A DNA stretch of 64,000 nt from Clostridia bacterium. Lineage in GTDB: Bacteria; Bacillota; Clostridia; Oscillospirales; CAG-382. Under the pieces are notes generated by a model that had not been told where the DNA came from, made no database searches, and was given only the letters and a program-made list of their open reading frames with translations. Numbering within the stretch: position 1 is the stretch's first letter; each line of letters begins with the position of its first letter. Where the stretch lies: contig JAFZDO010000008.1 of the NCBI GenBank assembly GCA_017561145.1, positions 489 to 64,488 on the forward strand. The letters run 5' to 3'. Position numbers and translations under genes: made by a program. Positions 45,863-54,569 of this stretch are shown here, piece after piece.

Positions 45863-46699
45863 ATGGAATTTGTCGAAGTTGTAAACCAAAATCAACATCT
45901 TCAAGGCTTTACAAAGGGCGGAAATTTTATGTATTGGTCGTTTACCGACTCGCTTGTAAAGACTAATCTTAACAATACCGTAAAATGTCAGGTGGAGATC
46001 CACGGCGGACATCTTGGCGACTGTGATTATCACGACGGAAAGATATATGCAAGCTATCTTCAAGATGCGCTCCCCGGACACGCTTGGGAGGATTGGACGG
46101 GATTTAAGATCTACGTTTTCGATGCGAACGATCTTCGCGTTTTGAACGTAATGAATCTCGATATCTGCGATTATTATAAGAGCATCACCTGCACACCTGA
46201 GGACACCCGCGGATTTCAGGGTATCGACGGCGTTGCGATAGCACCCGATCCCATTAGCGGCGAGGACAGACTCTTTGTTGCCTGCGCTCTTTATACGGGC
46301 GAAAAGTATGCAAATCAGATCATTCTTCAGTTCACGCTTGACGGTGTATATGAAACCGAATATCATATTCCCACGGGCAACACCGTTTTCGGTATTCAAA
46401 ATTTGGATTACGATGCCGAAAACAAGGAATTTTGGTTTAGTACCTACGGCGCGTCGCAGCCTTATCAGCCCAAGGAAATTCTTTATTGCATCTCGGGCGA
46501 TCTTAAGGAAATCAAAAGAAAATATTGCTACTCTACGCCTTTCGGTATAGAGTGCCTTGGCAAGGAAGGCTTCTATGCGTCCTATCAGTACGGACCAAAC
46601 GGCAGACGCGGCGGCGTTGCTTACCGTTGCGATGAATCGATGTTCCGAAACAACGTTACCGAAGCCGAGGTCGAAGCATTGATCCGCGGAAATAATTAA
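45863..46699 (+). CDS. Uncharacterised cytoplasmic protein, paralog 1 of a tandem pair (repeat-like, possibly beta-propeller)
   Basis: 278 aa with an AAGGAG RBS. By eye it is roughly 70 percent identical to the next ORF. I recognise no family motif. Confidence 0.7.
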   Translation: MEFVEVVNQNQHLQGFTKGGNFMYWSFTDSLVKTNLNNTVKCQVEIHGGHLGDCDYHDGKIYASYLQDALPGHAWEDWTGFKIYVFDANDLRVLNVMNLDICDYYKSITCTPEDTRGFQGIDGVAIAPDPISGEDRLFVACALYTGEKYANQIILQFTLDGVYETEYHIPTGNTVFGIQNLDYDAENKEFWFSTYGASQPYQPKEILYCISGDLKEIKRKYCYSTPFGIECLGKEGFYASYQYGPNGRRGGVAYRCDESMFRNNVTEAEVEALIRGNN

Positions 46700-46727
46700 T
46701 TGAATTTGCAATCTTGCAATATAAAAT
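46700..46727 (+). promoter_or_regulatory. Possible promoter for paralog 2 (TTGAAT-16-TAAAAT)
   Basis: TTGAATttgcaatcttgcaataTAAAAT. No terminator lies between the paralogs. Confidence 0.35.
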
Positions 46728-46754
46728 TTTACAAGTAATTAACAGGAGTAAATT

Positions 46755-47597
46755 ATGGAATTTGTTGAAGCATTAAATCAACATGCGCATATGCAAGGCT
46801 TTTCGAGTGGTAACGGTCATATGTTCTGGTCGTTTACCAATAGTCTTATCAAAACCACGTTGGACAGCGTTGTTAGATGTCAGGTGCAGTTAAGAGGCGG
46901 ACATTTGGGCGATATCGATTATCATAACGGCAAAATTTATGGAAGCTTTATGCTTGACGCTCTTCCCGGTCACGCTTGGGCAGATTGGTCGGGCTATAAG
47001 CTGATGGTGTTCGATGAATACGACCTAAGAACGCTTGACGTTATAAATCTCGATATTTGCGATTACTATAAGAGCATCACCTGCACACCTGAAGACACTC
47101 GCGGATTCCAAGGCATCGACGGCGTTACGATTGCACCCGACCCCGTAACGGGCGAGGATAAAATATTCATCGCTTGTGCATTGTTCACCGGCGAAAAGTA
47201 TTCCAACCAAATCATCCTTCAGTTCGATATGACTGGTAAGTATGAAACCGAATACCACATCCCGACGGGCAACACCGTATACGGTATCCAAAATCTCGAC
47301 TACGATGCGGATAACAAAGAATTCTGGTTCACTACCTATGGCTCCTCGCAGCCCTATCAAGCAAAATACGTTCTTTATTGCGTATCGGGCGATTTCAAGG
47401 AGATCAGACGTACCTATAAGTTTTCTACCCCGTACGGCCTTGACTGTCTTGGCAAAGAAGGCTTTTACGCCTGCTATCAGTTCGCAAGAAACGGCAGACG
47501 CGGCGGTGTCGCATACCGTTGCGATGAAGCTTGGTTTGAAACTCCCAAGACCGATGCACAGCTTAAAGAGCTTATATATTCCGACATAGAATTCTGA
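46755..47597 (+). CDS. Uncharacterised cytoplasmic protein, paralog 2 of the tandem pair
   Basis: 280 aa with a CAGGAG RBS. It shares the invariant block NLDICDYYKSITCTPEDTRGFQGIDGV with paralog 1. Confidence 0.7.
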   Translation: MEFVEALNQHAHMQGFSSGNGHMFWSFTNSLIKTTLDSVVRCQVQLRGGHLGDIDYHNGKIYGSFMLDALPGHAWADWSGYKLMVFDEYDLRTLDVINLDICDYYKSITCTPEDTRGFQGIDGVTIAPDPVTGEDKIFIACALFTGEKYSNQIILQFDMTGKYETEYHIPTGNTVYGIQNLDYDADNKEFWFTTYGSSQPYQAKYVLYCVSGDFKEIRRTYKFSTPYGLDCLGKEGFYACYQFARNGRRGGVAYRCDEAWFETPKTDAQLKELIYSDIEF

Positions 47598-47615
47598 TAT
47601 AGAAAAAACAGCATA

Positions 47616-47648
47616 AAAAATCCCGTTGTATCAAACAACGGGATTTTT
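47616..47648. terminator. Bidirectional intrinsic terminator between paralog 2 and yfhO
   Basis: AAAAATCCCGTTG ... CAACGGGATTTTT. Confidence 0.8.
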
Positions 47649-47656
47649 GTTATTCA

Positions 47657-50434
47657 TTATTCCGAAATATCGTTTTCGGTTATGTCTTCGGCTTCGCTTG
47701 CTTCGTTAGCTTCTTCAAAGGTATCATCGGTATCCTCCTCCGATTCATCCGAAGGCTCTTTTGCGATTTCTTCCTCGACGTTTACCGTAATGGGAATTGC
47801 TTTTACTACGGTTTCTTCTTTAGCGCCTTTCTCAATGTAAGCGCCTAAATCGTCGTAGTAATCAAACGAGAAGAACTTGTTTGTCGCCTTTTGCTTCTTC
47901 AATACCTTGAAGTAAAGCATATAAAGAACGTAAACCACCAAAGCGCCGAGCGATATCCATACGCCGCCGGGAAGGGTAAGCTCGATTTCGGAAAAGCTTA
48001 CTTCGGTAGAAACGATAAGTCCGGGGGTGGTGTAATCGAAGACGATCTCATTTTCACCGGCTTCACATTCAACACCGACAAAGCCGTAGGTAACGCGTAA
48101 AACGTCCTTTTCCTTGCCGTTTACCTTTGCGTGCCAACCGTTTTCTTCATAAGGTACGCTGAAGTAAACTATTCTCGGCTCGTCAAGCGTGATGCTTGCG
48201 TTGAAGCCGTAAGAATCGTATTCGAAGCTGTCACAGCACATTTCGCGTCTGTCCTTAACCGATGCTTCAAAGTTTGCATCGGTCGCCTTGATAGCATCCG
48301 TTGGGGTAACGCGATCCATAAACTGCGAATAATATGCAACCATATCGTCGGGAACGACGAGATACTGACAAAGCATCTTATCGCGTGAGGACTTGCCGTA
48401 TTTCTTTTCGAAATCGCTTTGCGTCATAAATTCTGTGTAAGCAAAGCCCATAGGGATATAGTTGTTGTTGATATAAATATCGTATCCGTTTTGCGATTCA
48501 AGATATTCAAAGCCAAAAGCCTCGTGCTCTTCTTTGAATATGCCAATCTTTTCGCCGTTAGCGTTGGTTTTGTTGCTTAACTGCTTCGAGGATTCGATAA
48601 AGGAATACTTGGTCGAGGTGAAGGCTCTCAATCCGTGAAGCGTGCTTTCCGCTCTCGAGCCAACGCTTCTCGTAACGCCGATGATGGGATAGAACTCCAT
48701 GATCGAAGGCGGAACGACCGTGTGGAAGCATTCGATTGTCGGATAATTCCAATAAATGCCGAGATTGTCTATCGTGGACGTGTTCGAATCTCTGTAAAAG
48801 TCTATGCGGTAGAATTCCTCGTGCGGGTCGGGTAAATTAACCTCACCCTCGATACACTGATCTACCATAAAGTCGCTCTTGTGCGAATATTGCTTGCCGT
48901 TTGTAATGTGAACGCAGCCGTAAAGCACCGTCATACCGCAAACGCCGAAAAGCAATGCACGGTCGAATACCTTTCTACCGCGGAATCTGCGGATGAAAAA
49001 CGCCGTAAGGATAATGCCAAGGAACGCAATTCCGACGTAAAGCCAGAATCTGAAGCGGTAAGGGGGATAGCCGAGAAGCATTTTATCGTTGCTGTTCTCA
49101 TGCCATATAAGACCCAACGGAAGCGCGATGAGAGTGCACGCCGCCGCCATTATCGCGGTAGGTATCCTCCAATTCGTGCGTGCATCCTCCAGGCTGATGA
49201 CCGTTGCGAGAGTAAGCATCATGATCATCATATAAAGCCATCTTGCATAATACGACGAATTGAAAAGGAAGAACGAGCTGTTGAGTATCGGAACAAAGGA
49301 GAAGGCGATAAGCGTGATGATAATACCCTTGAGCCACCAGCGCCTTCTGACAGTGAACAACGCAAACACGCCCGAAAGCGAGAACATGGGGAGATACATC
49401 GAAATAGATGCCCATCTCGTTTCGTGTCCGCTGAAGAAGTTAACGCGTGAAGGAATATCGGGCGGGAAGAAATAGGATTCAAGGATCTGTCCGTAGCGTT
49501 GCCAATAAAACTCGCCGTCCTTACGCCAGTAAAGCAACCGCTTGACAGAATCCTTCGCCTTATCGAAATCACCGTCCGAAAGCTGTTCAAACATATTGCT
49601 CAAGGTATCGAGATAAGAGCTCGTAATTCTGCTGTTGCCCATCAGCGCCGCGGCTGCGGGGAGGAACATAAACATCGACAGTGCAAAGCCGATGACCGCT
49701 TCGATAACGAGTCCGCCGAGCTTGCCGAGTGTGATCTTAAATGATCTCGAGGGCATTCTGAACAGGAAGTAAATAACGCAAAATACGACCTGACCTGCGA
49801 ACATAAAGTAGTTGACAACCGCATTTATAGCGACAGCGACCGCAAAAACACCCTTGCGGTCGTTTTGCACAAGCTCCTCCATACCGATAAGAAGCAAGGG
49901 GAAGAAGGCAACGACCTCGTGGAATTGGTTGAAAAAGGTGTTGTAGATCTGAAATCCCGAGAAGGAATAAAGCAATGCGCCGATAACCGCATAATTTTTG
50001 TTTTTAACGAATCTCTGCAGATAAGCATAAGCGATAACTGCGGCAACGATATATTTGATGATATAGATCGGTGCCATAAGATAGGGCGCCCAAGTGGAGG
50101 GGAATATGCACATCAACCAGAAAAAGGGGCTTCCGAGCATATAATACGAGTAGCTGCCGATAAAGTTCGAGCCCATATCGGTGACCCAGTCCCAACCGAA
50201 CGAGCCGTCCTGAACCATTCTAACACAGTTTTCGTAAAAGCAGATCTGTTGCGCGTTATAGTCGCCGTAATACAGGAAGACGGGCGATCCGGTCTTGATC
50301 CATTCCACAATAACAAACGGGACTGTGATACAAACCGAAACGATAAACGACCACCAAATCACCTTGCGGTAAAAATACCACGGGCTTTCACGGTCGAATT
50401 TAAATTTATTTCTAAGTGCATTCGATGCGCTCAT
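47657..50434 (-). CDS. yfhO: YfhO-family polytopic membrane protein (GT-C-type glycosyltransferase family) with acidic C-terminal tail
   Basis: 925 aa with more than 10 TMs. The N-terminal region (FLYYGDYNAQQICFY.., MLGSPFFWL) and the large C-terminal extracytoplasmic domain plus final TM are as in YfhO proteins. Confidence 0.7.
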   Translation of the reverse strand: MSASNALRNKFKFDRESPWYFYRKVIWWSFIVSVCITVPFVIVEWIKTGSPVFLYYGDYNAQQICFYENCVRMVQDGSFGWDWVTDMGSNFIGSYSYYMLGSPFFWLMCIFPSTWAPYLMAPIYIIKYIVAAVIAYAYLQRFVKNKNYAVIGALLYSFSGFQIYNTFFNQFHEVVAFFPLLLIGMEELVQNDRKGVFAVAVAINAVVNYFMFAGQVVFCVIYFLFRMPSRSFKITLGKLGGLVIEAVIGFALSMFMFLPAAAALMGNSRITSSYLDTLSNMFEQLSDGDFDKAKDSVKRLLYWRKDGEFYWQRYGQILESYFFPPDIPSRVNFFSGHETRWASISMYLPMFSLSGVFALFTVRRRWWLKGIIITLIAFSFVPILNSSFFLFNSSYYARWLYMMIMMLTLATVISLEDARTNWRIPTAIMAAACTLIALPLGLIWHENSNDKMLLGYPPYRFRFWLYVGIAFLGIILTAFFIRRFRGRKVFDRALLFGVCGMTVLYGCVHITNGKQYSHKSDFMVDQCIEGEVNLPDPHEEFYRIDFYRDSNTSTIDNLGIYWNYPTIECFHTVVPPSIMEFYPIIGVTRSVGSRAESTLHGLRAFTSTKYSFIESSKQLSNKTNANGEKIGIFKEEHEAFGFEYLESQNGYDIYINNNYIPMGFAYTEFMTQSDFEKKYGKSSRDKMLCQYLVVPDDMVAYYSQFMDRVTPTDAIKATDANFEASVKDRREMCCDSFEYDSYGFNASITLDEPRIVYFSVPYEENGWHAKVNGKEKDVLRVTYGFVGVECEAGENEIVFDYTTPGLIVSTEVSFSEIELTLPGGVWISLGALVVYVLYMLYFKVLKKQKATNKFFSFDYYDDLGAYIEKGAKEETVVKAIPITVNVEEEIAKEPSDESEEDTDDTFEEANEASEAEDITENDISE

Positions 50435-50466
50435 AAAATAACTCTCCGATCAAATTTATACCTTAC

Positions 50467-50495
50467 ATTTTACAACGAAATCGCTCAAATGTCAA
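50467..50495 (-). promoter_or_regulatory. sigma-A type promoter, TTGACA-17-TAAAAT, for yfhO
   Basis: The minus strand reads TTGACAtttgagcgatttcgttgTAAAAT. Confidence 0.6.
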
Positions 50496-50533
50496 TAAGC
50501 GATATGCCTTACAGACTGTTAATATTTTGTTTC

Positions 50534-50562
50534 TTGACTTGATGACGGACTAATGCTATACT
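50534..50562 (+). promoter_or_regulatory. sigma-A type promoter, TTGACT-17-TATACT, for the DUF4127-like gene
   Basis: TTGACTtgatgacggactaatgcTATACT. Confidence 0.6.
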
Positions 50563-50595
50563 TTAAAAAAACACAACGTTTGGAGGATAAAAGCC

Positions 50596-52536
50596 TTGAA
50601 GCGCTCATTGTCGTTAATACTCTGTCTTGTGCTCGTGCTTGCCATGATTCCGTCCTGTGTGGCGGCAGAGGACGTCACACCAAAAAAAGCCTATAATTAC
50701 GTTATTTCCGACGGATTTGTTTATAACGTGACCGAAAAAACAACGAAAGAAAATCTGCTTGCATCCGGAAGCGATTTTAAATCGGTCGATTCGAGCGGCG
50801 AATATGTAAAAACCGGCGATACCGTTACCGATAAAAGCGGGAATAAGCACACCGTAGTAATTCACGGCGACGTTTCCGCAAACGGAATAGTAGATAAATA
50901 TGATTACATTGCTGTAAAACGCGCTTATATGAAAACCGTTACGCTTTCGGGCGCATATCTCGAGGCAGCAAAGAAGGAAGATGTGGTTACTGTGTACGAT
51001 TATATCGCAATTAAGCGGCACGTTATGAAAACTGCGGACATTTTCGCAACCCCTCACAAGGGAAACGGGGTTATAAACGTTGCCTATATCCCGCTCGATA
51101 ACCGCCCCGTAAACAAGGACCGTGTCGAATATCTTGCGGCATCCGCGGGCTTAAATCTTCTTATTCCCGAGGAATCGCTTTACCGTACCGCGCTCGACAA
51201 TATGACCCCCAACCCCGACGGCTCGACCATCGGCAACCGCAAGGAATTGCTTAAATGGCTCAAATCGGTCGAGGATGAATGCGAATACTTCGTTATCTCG
51301 CTCGACCAGCTTATTTCGGGCGGCCTTGTCGGCTCGCGTTACCTTTCAAACACCGACCTCACGTTTGAAACAGAGGTCGCGGATTATCTTATAAAGCTTG
51401 CCGAAAAGAAGCATATAATCCTTTTCGATACGGTAATGCGACTTGCGTCCACCGTTGACTATCAGGGCTATAAGATGGAGGAATACAACGCGTTGAGAGC
51501 CTACGGCAAGGTTGCACGCAAGACCTTGAGCGGAAATCAGCTTACCGTCGATAACATTATTGCAGGCTACCGCTATGATGCAAACGGACGCGAAATAAGC
51601 GTTTCGGTAAGCTCTACAAAGCTCGATCAATATCTCGCATCCCGTGCGCGTAAGCTCAAGGTTATAGACTATCTTCTTGATAACGCGGTCAACGATATCG
51701 AAAGAATTTATATCGGCGTTGACGATTCCTCGCCCGAAACCACTATTCAAACCAACGAAATTAATTATATAACCACTCGCGGCGGAGAAAATCTAACCCT
51801 CTTTGCAGGTGCTGACGAGCTTGGATTAATGGGCATCGCCGCGGTCGCGACCGACGTTTACGGCGAAGCCGAATGCAAGGTTACCTATTTCGGAGAGGGC
51901 AAGGACTGGTCGGCAGACAGCTTCGATACCTCCACACTTTCCGACTGTATCGAAAAGCACTTCTCGTCGATCGGCGCAACGCTCGACAGCAATGACCAAA
52001 ACGCTCTTCAGGTGCTCGTGCTCACACGCTCGAACAACACAAGCAAATATGCAAGCGAATTGATGAAAAAGGCGGCAGACAATATCTCAAAAGGCATCCC
52101 GACCTGTATTATCGACGCATCAAGCACCAATCGCGACCTGCCTTATAAGGTTCTCGATACAAGCTACGATATTGCAAAGCTTCTCGGATATTCAAACTGG
52201 AATACGGTTGCGAATGCGACGGGTATCTCGCTTTCGAACGCCGTTGCAAGATACGTTTATATAAAGAACGGCGCAGTTACCGCCGAATCGAACGATGCCT
52301 TCCTGAAAACTCTTACCTTCTCGTTTATCAAGGATATCTCCTATAAGTGCAAGGGTATCACGAACTTAAAGGACACGTCGCAATACGGCCCCGTGAAAAT
52401 ACTCAACCGCATCAATTCTTCGGATATCCTCGTCGGAATCAAAAAATATTCGTCCCACAAAACGGTAAGCGTATCCAATTTCCGTTATCCCTGGAACCGC
52501 TCCTTCGAAGCAACCTTCGATATCACCGTCAAATAA
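50596..52536 (+). CDS. Secreted protein: signal peptide, dockerin-like repeat pair, then DUF4127-like domain
   Basis: TTG start 9 nt after GGAGG. The signal peptide ends in CVAAEDV. GDVSANGIVDKYDYIAVKRAYMKT is followed by a degenerate second repeat, VVTVYDYIAIKRHVMKT. Then INVAYIPLDNRPVN... resembles the DUF4127 N-terminus as I recall it. Confidence 0.55.
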   Translation: MKRSLSLILCLVLVLAMIPSCVAAEDVTPKKAYNYVISDGFVYNVTEKTTKENLLASGSDFKSVDSSGEYVKTGDTVTDKSGNKHTVVIHGDVSANGIVDKYDYIAVKRAYMKTVTLSGAYLEAAKKEDVVTVYDYIAIKRHVMKTADIFATPHKGNGVINVAYIPLDNRPVNKDRVEYLAASAGLNLLIPEESLYRTALDNMTPNPDGSTIGNRKELLKWLKSVEDECEYFVISLDQLISGGLVGSRYLSNTDLTFETEVADYLIKLAEKKHIILFDTVMRLASTVDYQGYKMEEYNALRAYGKVARKTLSGNQLTVDNIIAGYRYDANGREISVSVSSTKLDQYLASRARKLKVIDYLLDNAVNDIERIYIGVDDSSPETTIQTNEINYITTRGGENLTLFAGADELGLMGIAAVATDVYGEAECKVTYFGEGKDWSADSFDTSTLSDCIEKHFSSIGATLDSNDQNALQVLVLTRSNNTSKYASELMKKAADNISKGIPTCIIDASSTNRDLPYKVLDTSYDIAKLLGYSNWNTVANATGISLSNAVARYVYIKNGAVTAESNDAFLKTLTFSFIKDISYKCKGITNLKDTSQYGPVKILNRINSSDILVGIKKYSSHKTVSVSNFRYPWNRSFEATFDITVK

Positions 52537-52538
52537 GC

Positions 52539-52574
52539 AAAAAAATCCCTTCGGTTTTATCCGAAGGGATTTTT
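52539..52574. terminator. Bidirectional intrinsic terminator
   Basis: AAAAAATCCCTTCGG ttttat CCGAAGGGATTTTT. Confidence 0.8.
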
Positions 52575-52576
52575 GT

Positions 52577-54340
52577 TTACTGTGCGAGATTATATTTAGC
52601 GGCGAAGGTTTCGTATTCTGCACGGAACGTGTCGTCGTTGCCGCCCTTGACCGCGTTGAGGTATTTATGAGTTTCGAATTCACCCTCTGCAACCTCGATC
52701 ATTGCAACCGCAATGTTCGAGCAGTGGTCGGAAATACGCTCGAAGCAGTTGATAAGGTCGTTAAGAATAAATCCAAGCTCGATGGTACAGGTGCCTGCCT
52801 GCAATCTTATAATGTGATTGCTTCGCATTTCGGCTGTGATCTTGTCGATAACCTGTTCAAGCGGTTCAACCTTGCGTGCAAGCGCGGTATCGCCGGTTTC
52901 AAATGCGGTAAACGTAAGATCAACGATCTCTCTCAAAGCGCTCTCGGCAATCGCGATCTCCTTCTTAGCATCCTCCGAGAAGCTGAGCTTCTTCTGGTTT
53001 AATTCCTCGGAGGTCTTCGAGATTTCAACGGCGTGGTCGGAAATACGTTCGAAGTTGCCAATCGAGTGAAGCATTGTAGAAACGTTTTGCGAGTCCTTAA
53101 CAGTTATGTCGTTACTCGAAAGCTTAACGAGATAGGTGCCAAGCTTGTCTTCGTATTTATCGGCAAGTCCTTCGTCCTCTTCAACCTTGTCGGCAAGTGC
53201 TTGGTCGTACTTGTTAAGAACCGAAAGTGCATCAAGAAGGGCTTCCTTAACAACGGTGCTCATACGAACGGTGATGTCGCGGCATTCGGAAATAGCGATC
53301 GCGGGGGTTGCAAAAAGACGTTCGTCGAGGAATGCAACCTTCGTTTTTTCGTCGGTCTTGTCGCGGATGACCTTGTTTGCAAAAGCAACAAGCGCGTTTT
53401 GGAAGGGAAGGAGTATCGCCGTTGTGAACAGGTTGAACGCAAGGTGACAGATAGCAATGCCGAATGCATCGATCTCCCAAGCCATAAAGGCGAAATTAAA
53501 GATCAAGTTAAGCGAATAAAGAACGATGAGACCGATAACGGTACCGATGATGTTGAATGCGATATGTACGACCGCAACTCTTTTTGCGCTTCTGTTAACA
53601 CCGAAGCTCGAAATAAGAGCGGTTACACAGGTACCGATGTTCTGACCCATAATAATCGGAATTGCCATACCGAAGGTGAATCCCGAGCCGGGGCCTACGA
53701 GAGTCTGCAGGATCGCAACCGAAGCGGCGGAGCTTTGGATAACACCGGTGATAACTGCACCGATAAGAACACCGAAAACGGGGTTCTCGAATATTGTAAG
53801 AAGATTGATAAATGCAGGCTCATTCTTAAGATTCGAAACCGAATCGCCCATAAGACCCATACCGCACATCAAAACGGCAAAGCCTACGATGATGTTACCG
53901 ATATCCTTGCGCTTCTTGTCCTTGCCCATAACGAGAAGAACACCGAAAAGTGCAAACAAGAGCGAGAAGTTTGCCGGCTTTAAAAGGTCCATAAAGTTAA
54001 ATCCGCTTCCGTCGCTTTCCAAGCCGATAAGCGAGGTAAGGAAGGCGGTCAGCGTCGTACCGATGTTCGAGCCCATAATAAGACCGACGGTCTGCTTAAG
54101 GTTCATAATGCCGGAGTTAACAAGACCTACAAGCATAACCGTCATCGCCGACGATGACTGCATTGCGATGGTTATACCTGCGCCGAGCAAAAGACTTTTA
54201 AATACGTTGGAGGTCATCTTTTTAATAGTGGCTTCCAACCTGCCGCCCGACATTTTTTCAAGGCCGTTTGACATAACCGTCATACCGTAAAGGAAGAAGG
54301 CTACGCCGCCGATAAGCGTGATAAATTCAATAATTCCCAT
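52577..54340 (-). CDS. Na/Pi cotransporter family protein with C-terminal PhoU-like repeats
   Basis: 587 aa. The N-terminal NptA-type membrane domain contains GANIGTT-like repeats (GSNIGTTLT, GQNIGTCVT). The C-terminus has two PhoU-like ERISDH motifs. Confidence 0.85.
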   Translation of the reverse strand: MGIIEFITLIGGVAFFLYGMTVMSNGLEKMSGGRLEATIKKMTSNVFKSLLLGAGITIAMQSSSAMTVMLVGLVNSGIMNLKQTVGLIMGSNIGTTLTAFLTSLIGLESDGSGFNFMDLLKPANFSLLFALFGVLLVMGKDKKRKDIGNIIVGFAVLMCGMGLMGDSVSNLKNEPAFINLLTIFENPVFGVLIGAVITGVIQSSAASVAILQTLVGPGSGFTFGMAIPIIMGQNIGTCVTALISSFGVNRSAKRVAVVHIAFNIIGTVIGLIVLYSLNLIFNFAFMAWEIDAFGIAICHLAFNLFTTAILLPFQNALVAFANKVIRDKTDEKTKVAFLDERLFATPAIAISECRDITVRMSTVVKEALLDALSVLNKYDQALADKVEEDEGLADKYEDKLGTYLVKLSSNDITVKDSQNVSTMLHSIGNFERISDHAVEISKTSEELNQKKLSFSEDAKKEIAIAESALREIVDLTFTAFETGDTALARKVEPLEQVIDKITAEMRSNHIIRLQAGTCTIELGFILNDLINCFERISDHCSNIAVAMIEVAEGEFETHKYLNAVKGGNDDTFRAEYETFAAKYNLAQ

Positions 54341-54527
54341 AAGTTCTCCTGTTTAACTGTTTTGCATATAGCAAAGCATCTTTAAATGCCGCCCGATTTA
54401 TGCGGCGAAGGGAAGATAAGAATAAATTGCGTCTGTTAAGCGCATTAAATCGAATTTTGTCAAATATATCATAACAAAATGCGTGTCAACTGTCAACGGA
54501 ATTTTTTGAATTTCGGTAAAAAAACAG

Positions 54528-54562
54528 TAAAAAAGCTCCGAAAAAGAATTCGGAGCTTTTGT
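54528..54562 (-). terminator. Intrinsic terminator after the ABC fusion gene
   Basis: Stem AGCTCCGAA/TTCGGAGCT. On the minus strand a T5 run follows. Confidence 0.7.
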
Positions 54563-54569
54563 TTGCTTT

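Noticed and set aside
50596-50900. Calling the DUF4127-like protein a bona fide cellulosomal component
   Set aside because: Only the first repeat resembles a Ca-binding dockerin loop (DVSANGIVDKYDY). The second lacks the Asp/Asn ligands, and no cohesin or scaffoldin gene is in the window. I therefore kept it as 'dockerin-like' only.
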